DNA of 28,265 nucleotides from an uncultured Polyangiaceae bacterium (lineage in GTDB: Bacteria; Myxococcota_A; Polyangia; Polyangiales; Houyiibacteriaceae), in assembly GCA_947259605.1 (NCBI GenBank), contig CAMYMX010000001.1, positions 1 through 28,265 on the forward strand, given 5' to 3'. The position numbers were made by a program, and so were the translations under genes. Positions 18,601 through 25,477 of this stretch are shown here, piece by piece (the first letter of the stretch is position 1; each line of letters starts with the position of its first letter). Below the pieces are notes generated by a model that was not told the DNA's origin, did no database searches, and saw nothing but the letters and a program-made list of their open reading frames with translations.

Positions 18601-20359
18601 GGTGGCCGCTTCGAATTGCGACATCCGATACCTGGACGTCTACCGACGCCTCGCAGCGCTCTACCAAAGCCAGGGCCGGCTCGACGCGCTCGCGGCACTG
18701 ACCGAGGCCCGCATCGATGCCGGCGCCGATACGCCCACGCTGGTTGGTCTGTTGGTGCAGAAGGCGCGTCAGAGTCGTGAGCGAGGGGACCTCGAAGGCG
18801 TTGGCGACGCGTTGCAGGAGTGTCTCGAGCTGGACCCTCTCAACTTCACCGCACTCAAAGAATTGGTCGACACCCACCGCGCTGCCGGGAATTGGCAAGG
18901 TGCCGCCGAGGCTCTGATTCGCATCGCGCGTCTGCAGCGCAGTACCGAAGAGCAGATTTGGGCATTTACGCAACTCGCGTCTCTCTATGACGTCCATCTT
19001 CAGGACCTTGGACGAGCCGAAGCGTCGCTCCGCAGGGTGGTGCAACTTTCGCCTGTGAATTTGGAAACCCTGGATCGCCTCGCATCGGTGACGAGTCGCC
19101 AAGGCAAGGCACACGAAGCCGCGCAATTGCTCGAAGAGCTCGTTCGACGCGCGGATACTGAATCTGAAAAGCGCGACTACCGAATCCGCTTGGCGGGGGC
19201 GGTCGAGTCGGCCGGTCAGGGGCGGCAAGCCGAGCAGATCTTGGAACGACTAAGGGCTGAGCAGCCGACGGAGCCCGACGTCATTCTTGCCCTTGCCGAC
19301 TACTATCAGCGTCAAGGCGCTGCCCCGGCTGAGGCAATGCACCTGAACCGGGCGCTCAGCGATTTGCGAACCGCCATCGATCGCAACCCGGGCGATGAGG
19401 CTCTTTGGACCACCCTGGTGCGCGTGCTCCAGCGTCGGCACGGTCCGGGACCAGCATCCTGCGCGGCCAGCGCAGCGATCGCGTCCGGCCACCCTGCATC
19501 TCTGTTCGAGGGAGCCGTCCTAGGGCACGGCGAAGCTCTGGGCGAGGCCAAGGTCCCGCTGTCGGGCCTCGTCGATGCCGTCGTTGCTCCGGACGGCCTG
19601 CCAGAAACGGCCCGCCGACTTTTCGCCTTGTGCGAGCATGCCTTCGACAAGGTATTGCCGTTCGATGCGGGCGCCTGGCGCTTGCGCAAACCAACAAGCG
19701 AGCATCGAAGCCTCGTCGAGGAGGCCGGCGCCGTCGCCGAGATGCTGGGGATCAGCGAGCCTCGCTTGCGGATCACCTATGTTGCGCCCGCGGCATGCAT
19801 GCCCGTCTCCGGCGACCCCCCCACCATCGTCGTCGGCGGCAACCTCCACAAGATCACCAACGCTCGCGAGCGTCTGTTCCTTTTTGCGCGAGCCCTCAAA
19901 GTAGCCGCAAACCATCTGGCTCCGGCGCTCCGCGCCCGTCCCGAGGACCTCGACATCGCTCTCTCGGCGTTGCTTCAGGAACACCGAGCAAGCCAGGGAA
20001 ACGAAGCAGAACGGCCTCAATTGCTGGACCTGCGGAAGAGGCTGCTCAAGGCGGTGCCCCGTCGCTCTCGCGACGAGGTCGATAGCTTGGCCCTGGAACT
20101 GAAGGGAAACACCCGGTTTTCTACGCGAGCGGTGCCTTTTGCGATCGCCGAGCTCGGCAACCGCGTGGCCCTGACCCTGACCGGCGATGTGCCCTCGGCG
20201 GTGAGCGCCTTGCTCAAGATCGCCGGGCACGACGTCCCCGCAGGGGACGACCGGCGTTTGAGCGCCATTGAAGAAACCCCAGAGCCCTCGGCCTTGGTGA
20301 GATTCGCGATGAGCGACACACATTTTGAAGCTCGGGCCCAAGCTGGTGTAGATCCTTAG
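15653..20359 (+). CDS. Giant TPR/alpha-solenoid protein 2 (1568 aa) with degenerate M48-peptidase-like C-terminal domain
   Basis: TPR-like units (AAGELCERLGDYDAAMEQYTQALSADA, LQECLELDPLNFTALKEL). C-terminal EMLGISEPRLRI...PPTIVVGGNL...ERLFLFARALKVAANH. Acidic disordered N-terminus. Overlaps the upstream stop by 8 nt. Confidence 0.82.
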   Translation: MAEDDVSQASRESEPVSFDIDDDAINALLDSFVETEAGAPTKRTSRPPDPSDSGALAAQKTVFEHRPRHDALPLVGDTPETMKRRIALLEALGGRAVGSSRARLLTAAGELCERLGDYDAAMEQYTQALSADARDVVVLRSLRRLAMRKGDWGAAADALEKEAALELSAADRASALNLLARIQLSKLRDPAAAEQAAAHAAELREDDFVAYMLLASARLARADAGRAADALTSAAERWPRAEAEAALLLDAAEMKERAGALEDARSRYGRVLELQPTLLAAHLGVVRTSRGLGEGDAARQALLAAATQASGRLSAALRRTAAGIDRWSGAPEAAVALLGQAEDTASLWTLAESAAVCGDTQTMIDALAAPAPDGSPEIRTLGSGRRARLHAERGERDGFELASREARVDPRLETYLRSSKLLVEADCGKQSEVLRWLESMPGAKTSVASKLLQADEAAQVRDGEAFFAALEAELDDSPEELAAGAALAVAEVGAACGAIDRGGALTRAWERVPGDPMIGRAFLWGDDDTARSIRRWMDEGNTTRGARSAFAFTMAARLAQPGSEEAESACEAALAEEVDYPPALWELEDRLGGDAARAASAARQAALGSADQGASWLRASMWASSRSDRQAHAEAALSRAAPDPLLLEHLIETVGRDTEAAGELMELAARRLGMSVYLERAAASYRAAGLADRAARVLREASDAQPDDPMIRVQREEAELQGSEFARLSDSIMSRLREATSEADRLGAFEAMAELDRLKRHDMQSARLSLQSIAELRPDHIPTARALEWDALRENDTERIRSSARRLLQALPEDSPDRLARHRLHLELLKADSDILQSDLDRWLCGIDDALEADPGLARQVLGAAYAMGENLLSVQALLALQVAVDDDLERGALGLDAARVLQLMGAPENALERLDEARSHPLAREVEAGLLQAAKRWEDAAAVYQDAASKAKDGQRAASLWREAACIFEKELGDTSRAIDAWVAASNCDIRYLDVYRRLAALYQSQGRLDALAALTEARIDAGADTPTLVGLLVQKARQSRERGDLEGVGDALQECLELDPLNFTALKELVDTHRAAGNWQGAAEALIRIARLQRSTEEQIWAFTQLASLYDVHLQDLGRAEASLRRVVQLSPVNLETLDRLASVTSRQGKAHEAAQLLEELVRRADTESEKRDYRIRLAGAVESAGQGRQAEQILERLRAEQPTEPDVILALADYYQRQGAAPAEAMHLNRALSDLRTAIDRNPGDEALWTTLVRVLQRRHGPGPASCAASAAIASGHPASLFEGAVLGHGEALGEAKVPLSGLVDAVVAPDGLPETARRLFALCEHAFDKVLPFDAGAWRLRKPTSEHRSLVEEAGAVAEMLGISEPRLRITYVAPAACMPVSGDPPTIVVGGNLHKITNARERLFLFARALKVAANHLAPALRARPEDLDIALSALLQEHRASQGNEAERPQLLDLRKRLLKAVPRRSRDEVDSLALELKGNTRFSTRAVPFAIAELGNRVALTLTGDVPSAVSALLKIAGHDVPAGDDRRLSAIEETPEPSALVRFAMSDTHFEARAQAGVDP

Positions 20360-20363
20360 AACC

Positions 20364-20957
20364 ATGCGGTTGGGTTTCATCGGTCCAGCGAAAAGCGACG
20401 TGACCGCCCTCGAGCAGGCGGCCCGGCTTCTGATTTGCGACCTCGAGGTCGACACGGTCATCTATCTCGGCGAGGACGAAGCCCTGCGCGAGTTCATGGC
20501 GAAGCACGAATCGGATGCCGGAGACTCCCCGCTCGAACAGCAAGTCGCCGAGGTCGCAGGACGCGGAAGCTCGGACCAGATCGAAGAGGTGCTGCGCAAG
20601 CTGCGAGGCGCCCGATACCTTGGAAAGTTACGGGTCGCACCGCCGCCGCCTCGCCGCGCCATGGAGATGCTCGACGACCGTATCGCCCTCATCGTTCGAC
20701 ACAAATCGACCATCGGAGAGGAAGACGTGATCAACTCCAACATCGTCGTGTACGGCGATGGCCACGAGCTGATGTTCAAACGGTTCGGGCCGCGTTGCTT
20801 TTTCTGCCCGGGTCCGCTCGAAACCGGCCACGTCGGCCTGCTCGACGACCAATCCGAAACCGGAGGGGTCATCTTGGAAGCGATTACACTGAGCGGCGAG
20901 GTGCGTTGGAGCGAACCCATTCAGGGTCGGGGCGCGAAGGTCATGGTCGCGCCATGA
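20364..20957 (+). CDS. Degenerate calcineurin-like metallophosphoesterase-fold protein (YfcE/MJ0936/Vps29-like, likely inactive)
   Basis: The pattern MRLGFIG...ALEQA...VDTVIYLGED...LIVRHK...IVVYGDGH...FCPGP parallels MKIxxISDxH...DxxIHxGD...xTHG...IxxGHTH...INPGS, with most metal ligands replaced. Confidence 0.6.
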   Translation: MRLGFIGPAKSDVTALEQAARLLICDLEVDTVIYLGEDEALREFMAKHESDAGDSPLEQQVAEVAGRGSSDQIEEVLRKLRGARYLGKLRVAPPPPRRAMEMLDDRIALIVRHKSTIGEEDVINSNIVVYGDGHELMFKRFGPRCFFCPGPLETGHVGLLDDQSETGGVILEAITLSGEVRWSEPIQGRGAKVMVAP

Positions 20958-21517
20958 CCTCGCGGCGGGTCGCGATCTATGGTGGCAGCTTTGATCCCCC
21001 TCACTTGGGCCACGTGCTTTCAGTCGCGTGGGCCCTCTCGGCAGCCGAACTCGACGCGCTTTGGATCGTTCCGACTTGGCAACACGTGTTCAACAAGCAA
21101 CACGGCGCGCCGTTCGAAGAACGCCAAACGATGTGTGAGCTTGCGTTTGCTCCGTTCCGAGACGTCCAGGTCTCCGACATCGAGCGGCGTCTCGGCGGGG
21201 TTAGCCGGACGCTCGAAACCCTGGATGCCCTCGAAAAAGGAAATCCAGACACGCTTTTCCGGCTTCTGATCGGCGCCGACGTTCTTCCCACGACCGATCG
21301 CTGGTACCGCTGGGACGAGGTCGTGAAGATCGCGCCACCTCTGGTGATCGGTCGCCAGGGGTACCCCGTCCCCGAGGGTTGCCCGATCTCAATTCCCAAC
21401 ATCAACAGCACCGACATCCGAACCGGGCTGAGGAACGCGGCTGACATTGGCGGCCTCGTGCCGAGCGCGGTCATCGAGCACATCCGATCGCGCAAACTCT
21501 ATCAGGGCGAAGGATGA
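20954..21517 (+). CDS. nadD: Nicotinate-nucleotide adenylyltransferase
   Basis: VAIYGGSFDPPHLGH (HxGH motif), VSDIE, RTLETL, LLIGAD and INSTDIR. ATGA overlap with the upstream stop. The true start is 20954, not the track's 20435. Confidence 0.92.
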   Translation: MTSRRVAIYGGSFDPPHLGHVLSVAWALSAAELDALWIVPTWQHVFNKQHGAPFEERQTMCELAFAPFRDVQVSDIERRLGGVSRTLETLDALEKGNPDTLFRLLIGADVLPTTDRWYRWDEVVKIAPPLVIGRQGYPVPEGCPISIPNINSTDIRTGLRNAADIGGLVPSAVIEHIRSRKLYQGEG

Positions 21518-22311
21518 ACGTCCTGATCATCGGCCGAGGCCGAGTCGGGAATGGGCTGAAGCGGTCACTGGAAGCGAGCGGCATGCTCGAGGTCTCTGCC
21601 ACGGGCCGACGCTGCAAGCCTTCGAGCGTGGCGGCGGCGGACGCAATCGTGATCGCCGTCTCCGATGACTCGATCTCGAAGGTCGCCCGCGCCATCGCTC
21701 CGAACCTGAAGCGAGGTGCCACCGTGCTTCACTGCGCAGGCGCTCGGGGCACCGACGAGCTGGAATCGTGCAAAGCGATAGGAGCTGCGGTCGGGGTGAT
21801 GCACCCCCTGGTGTCGTTCGCGAGCAAACACCGGAGCCCTAGCCTTCGCGGCACCACATTCACGGTGAACGGCTCCCGGCGTGCCATCGCCGCGAGCCGC
21901 CGCATCGCAAAAGCGTGCGGCGCTCGCGTGGTGCTGGCCGAGACCGAAGGGGCCGGATACCACGCCGCTGCCGCCCTCGCTGCCAATGGCGCTGCAGCGT
22001 TGGCTTTCGTTTCGGTCGGCCTGCTCGAGCGACTTGGTTTCGAGCCGCGCTCCGCCGAACGCGCGATCGGTGGCCTGCTGCAAAGCGTCGGCGAAAACGT
22101 GCAGAGCCTCGGGGTCCCCGGTGCTCTCACCGGTCCGATTGCGCGGGGCGAAGCGGAGGCCGTGGCGAATCATCGAGCCGCGCTCCGCCGTTTGAGTCCC
22201 GATGCGCGCTCAGCTTACGACGCACTCGTCCCCATCATCGTGCGCTGTGCACGAGCCGCAGGCCTCGGGCAAGCGAAGGCGTCGAGAATTCTGCGCGCGA
22301 CGAAACGATGA
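21514..22311 (+). CDS. Rossmann-like plus DUF2520 domain oxidoreductase (PanG-like putative ketopantoate reductase)
   Basis: IIGRGRVG, IAVSDD, VLHCAGA, MHPLVSF, YHAAAALAAN and ALTGPIARGE. ATGA overlap with the nadD stop. Confidence 0.85.
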   Translation: MNVLIIGRGRVGNGLKRSLEASGMLEVSATGRRCKPSSVAAADAIVIAVSDDSISKVARAIAPNLKRGATVLHCAGARGTDELESCKAIGAAVGVMHPLVSFASKHRSPSLRGTTFTVNGSRRAIAASRRIAKACGARVVLAETEGAGYHAAAALAANGAAALAFVSVGLLERLGFEPRSAERAIGGLLQSVGENVQSLGVPGALTGPIARGEAEAVANHRAALRRLSPDARSAYDALVPIIVRCARAAGLGQAKASRILRATKR

Positions 22312-22320
22312 ACGATGGCT

Positions 22321-24768
22321 TCACTCGGCGGCTTCGACGGAACCTTCGGTCCGCTCGAAGCGAACGCCTTCAGTGTCGCCCTGCGCAACGACCCGATCGC
22401 CGCGCGCGAACTCCCCGCCGAGGATGGCGGCTGCCAGGGGCGCTTCGATCATCCGTCCAATTGCGCGACGCATCGGGCGCGCGCCAAGCTCCGCGTCGTA
22501 TCCACCGAATGCCAGCAGTGCATCGATCGCGCTTTCCTCGATGCACAGATCGACACCTTGTCGCTCCTGTAGTTGCCGGATGACACCGGCTGCCATTCGG
22601 CGCGCGATTTCACGAACCTCGTCGCGGCTTAGGGAGCCGAAGAACAGCGGCTCGTCGATGCGATTCCAAAGCTCGGGCGGGAGAGCACGCCGCGCTTCGG
22701 CCAGCGCCGCGGCAAATCCATCTCCTGCGCGTTTCGATGCCCCCTTGAATCCAATGGAACTTTCGCCGCGCTGCGAGCTCTGGGCACCGAGGTTCGACGT
22801 CATGACGACGATCGTGTGCGTGCAATCGACCGTCCGTCCCTTCCCGTCGGTAAGCCGTCCGTCTTCGAGCAGTGGCAAGAGCGACTGGAGCACATCCATG
22901 TGTGCCTTTTCGATCTCGTCGAGGAGGACGAGCTGGTAGGGACGGTGCCGGATCGCTTCGGTGAGTTGACCGCCGGTGTCGTGCCCGATGTAGCCGGGAG
23001 GCGCTCCCACCAACTTTGCGATGGCATGCGATTCGCTGAGCTCGCTCATGTCGATCCGAGTCATCGGGCAACCCATGAAGAAGAGCTCGTTCAGCGCGCG
23101 AGCGGTTTCGGTCTTTCCGACCCCGGTCGGTCCTAAGAATAGGAAGGTCGCGAGCGGGCGCTGACCATGGAAACCCGCAGCACCTTTGCGAAGGGCGTCG
23201 GAGACACGCCGCATCACCTCGGCGTGGCCGACGACGTGCTCAGCCAGATGCTGCTCCAGCTCCAGCAGCTTCTGCGAGTCGGTCACCAATAGGCGCTCGA
23301 CCGGCACGCGTACTTTTTCCGCCACTACCTGCGCGACCGCTTCGCGATCGACGATGGCCCCACCCCGGCGACGCGTCCGCGCGCCCGCCAAATCGAGAAG
23401 CCCAATCGCCTTGTCTGGGAGCGTCTGCTCCGCGAGGTATCGGACAGACAGCTCGACGGCGGACTCGACCGCCGACGCCTCGTAGGCGATGCCGTGATGC
23501 ACCTCGTAACGCGGCGTGATGCCCATGAGAATCTCAATCGCATCTTCAGCGGTCGGCTCGGCCACGTGGATCGGAGAAAACCGCCGGGCGAGCGCAGCAT
23601 CTCGCTCGACGTACTTGCGGTACTCGACGTCGGTCGTTGCCCCGATGCAGGGAAGCTCTCCGCGCGACAGAGAAGCTTTGAGCTCATGCGCCAAATCGTC
23701 GGGTGATTCCCCTCCAATGAAGAGCGTGTGTACTTCATCGATGAACAGCACGATCTTTCCATTGGCCCGCTTCACCTCGAACTGCAGACGGTGCATGCGC
23801 TCCGAAAGCGCGCCTCGAACACCCGTGCCAGAAACCAATCCGCCCGCGGAAAGCTCGATGAGGATGGTGCCCTCGAGGCCGCGCACACCTTCTCCGCCTC
23901 CGGCGAGCCTCCGAGCAAGGCCTTCGACGATGGCGGTCTTGCCCACGCCGGGCGGGCCGACCAGAATCGGATTGTTCGATCGTCTGCGGGCCAAGACGTC
24001 CAGAAGCCGTTCGATTTCATCGTCACGGCCGATCACCTCATCGATGCGCCCGAGCGAAGCCATCTCGGTCAGGTTGCGGCCGAGCTTGGCCAGCGTTGGA
24101 TACTTCCGCGCATCGAGACTGAAGGGCGATGACGACGGCACGATGATCTCGTCTTCCGGCTGCGCACCGGGTTTTGTCGTCGGCGCGTGGATCGGCGCTT
24201 CGATGAGAATTTCTTCTTCTTCTTCTTCTTCGAGCGTTTCGACGCGAAGCTCGATCAACGGAGCTGGTTGGGCGGTCCTCCGTGCTGAAGGACGCGACGG
24301 TTTGGTAGGAGGTTGTGCGGAAAGCGACGCGGCAGGCGGGACGTATGTCGAGCTGGACCCCGCGTGCGTGTCTCCGGGTCGGAGCACCTCGTGCACCGCT
24401 TCCTGAACGCGCCGGGATCCGGTCCCGATCACCTCGAGGCTTCGGTGCGCAGCGCTTCGCGTGTCGCGCGCGACGGCCAAGAGCAGATGTGCCGGCAGCA
24501 CCTGCGGCGCTTCGGTTGCCTTGGCCAGCCGGTAGGCGCGCTCGACCGCTCGTTCGAGCGCACTCGTTGGCTCGGTGTCGACCACGCGGATCGCACTCAG
24601 CAGATCACTCTCCTTCACCCCAAGCCCGGACAGCAGCCTTCCCATCGGGCCCCCGGTCTGCAGCATCACGAGGAGCAGATACGCCGTCGAAGGGCTCTGC
24701 GCGCGCCTCTGGGCCTCGCGCTGCGCGCGGGCGACCAGTCCTTTTACACCCCCACTGACCGTCGTCAT
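22321..24768 (-). CDS. Class I Clp/Hsp100 AAA+ ATPase (ClpA/ClpC family; no M-domain; IGF loop present)
   Basis: Double Clp-N repeat and a long linker. D1 has GPPGVGKT, LFIDEVH and DAALARRF. D2 has GPTGVGKT, GAPPGYIG, LLDEIEKAH, SIGF, NRIDE and GARPMRR. SD GGAG upstream of the ATG. Confidence 0.93.
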   Translation of the reverse strand: MTTVSGGVKGLVARAQREAQRRAQSPSTAYLLLVMLQTGGPMGRLLSGLGVKESDLLSAIRVVDTEPTSALERAVERAYRLAKATEAPQVLPAHLLLAVARDTRSAAHRSLEVIGTGSRRVQEAVHEVLRPGDTHAGSSSTYVPPAASLSAQPPTKPSRPSARRTAQPAPLIELRVETLEEEEEEEILIEAPIHAPTTKPGAQPEDEIIVPSSSPFSLDARKYPTLAKLGRNLTEMASLGRIDEVIGRDDEIERLLDVLARRRSNNPILVGPPGVGKTAIVEGLARRLAGGGEGVRGLEGTILIELSAGGLVSGTGVRGALSERMHRLQFEVKRANGKIVLFIDEVHTLFIGGESPDDLAHELKASLSRGELPCIGATTDVEYRKYVERDAALARRFSPIHVAEPTAEDAIEILMGITPRYEVHHGIAYEASAVESAVELSVRYLAEQTLPDKAIGLLDLAGARTRRRGGAIVDREAVAQVVAEKVRVPVERLLVTDSQKLLELEQHLAEHVVGHAEVMRRVSDALRKGAAGFHGQRPLATFLFLGPTGVGKTETARALNELFFMGCPMTRIDMSELSESHAIAKLVGAPPGYIGHDTGGQLTEAIRHRPYQLVLLDEIEKAHMDVLQSLLPLLEDGRLTDGKGRTVDCTHTIVVMTSNLGAQSSQRGESSIGFKGASKRAGDGFAAALAEARRALPPELWNRIDEPLFFGSLSRDEVREIARRMAAGVIRQLQERQGVDLCIEESAIDALLAFGGYDAELGARPMRRAIGRMIEAPLAAAILGGEFARGDRVVAQGDTEGVRFERTEGSVEAAE
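24211..24231 (-). repeat. Perfect (GAA)7 microsatellite encoding poly-Glu in the Clp linker
   Basis: The + strand reads TTC x7 at 24211-24231, translating as ETL-EEEEEEE-ILIE. Confidence 0.95.
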
Positions 24769-24788
24769 CGTGCTCCGTCCTTGGGTCG

Positions 24789-24817
24789 GAGTTAGCCGTC
24801 ACCGCCTTGGGGCACAA
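24789..24817 (-). promoter_or_regulatory. Candidate sigma70-type promoter for the Clp ATPase gene
   Basis: Minus strand TTGTGC, 17 nt, TAACTC (preceded by GC), about 20 nt upstream of the ATG, leaving room for the GGAG SD. Confidence 0.35.
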
Positions 24818-24883
24818 CTTTTCGACCGGCTGTATCAAACATGAAGGCTCAAAACCTACATTTGCTCACCTTATCACCCTGTC

Positions 24884-24899
24884 ACTGGAAAGTTCCAGT
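24884..24899. promoter_or_regulatory. Inverted repeat ACTGGAA-AG-TTCCAGT, candidate transcription-factor operator
   Basis: Perfect 7-bp arms with a 2-nt spacer in the AT-richer divergent intergenic region between clp and the 24938 gene. Confidence 0.5.
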
Positions 24900-24937
24900 T
24901 GTTAGCTTGATCGAGGACCCCAAGCCAGGAGCAAGCT

Positions 24938-25474
24938 GTGAATCCACGCCTCGCACTCGTCGCCACTACGTTAGCAGCCACCGTTTCGTCGGTGAGTCCG
25001 TGGCAGGGGGCCGACGCCGCAACGGGCCTTCGCGCAAAGATTTTCCTCACGCAAAAAGGCGTGCCGCGCACCCTTTCGGAGTCGGGCGTCATTCGCTTTG
25101 CTAAGTCGAATAAGGCGACGCGCCTGCGAGAGAACCTCGATGCTCCCGTCGATGAGCGCCAGTGGAAGGCTACTCTGGTCGCGAACTTCAACGCTCCCCT
25201 TGGAGACTCGGAGTTCGAAGTGCTCTTTTACGATATCCAAACCGCAGCGCGGAAGTTCATCGCCCCGGCCATGACGGTCTTCGTCAATGACAGCAATCAG
25301 CGAACGATCGTGCACAAGCTCAGGCTCAAGCGCCCGCAGTTCGAGCCTAATCGACGGCTCGAGATGGTGGTGACCGTGCGTCGACAGGAGGTCGGCCGTT
25401 ACCGCTTTCAAATTCTCGGGGACAGGGTACAACACGGCGGCGAAGTCACCTTCTCGGATGACGAAGCCCGCTGA
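24938..25474 (+). CDS. Secreted hypothetical protein (Sec signal peptide, beta-strand-rich)
   Basis: GTG with AGGAG 6 nt upstream. N-terminal MNPRLALVATTLAATVSSVSPWQGADA (A-x-A cleavage, no Cys). Alternating hydrophobic strands. 3 nt gap to holA. Confidence 0.8.
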   Translation: MNPRLALVATTLAATVSSVSPWQGADAATGLRAKIFLTQKGVPRTLSESGVIRFAKSNKATRLRENLDAPVDERQWKATLVANFNAPLGDSEFEVLFYDIQTAARKFIAPAMTVFVNDSNQRTIVHKLRLKRPQFEPNRRLEMVVTVRRQEVGRYRFQILGDRVQHGGEVTFSDDEAR

Positions 25475-25477
25475 ACC

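Noticed and set aside
11236-20359. Naming the TPR proteins AgmK/GltI or SgmX
   Set aside because: TPR similarity is generic, sizes differ from what I recall for those proteins, and no gliding or pilus genes are adjacent. Orthology needs a search.
15392-20461. Long antisense or alternate-frame ORFs over the TPR genes (e.g. 15392-16672, 16179-17279, 18266-19228, 19520-20461)
   Set aside because: Arg/Pro/Ala-rich translations typical of off-frame GC-rich DNA, with no SD or domain signal.
20435-20953. Apparent N-terminal extension or fusion on NadD (360-aa ORF in track)
   Set aside because: It is the off-frame shadow of the 20364-20957 gene. NadD starts at ATG 20954 with an ATGA overlap.
24809-24825. 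Sigma54-like GGCAC...TT element
   Set aside because: The -12 position reads CG instead of the near-invariant GC. The same bases fit a minus-strand -35 better.
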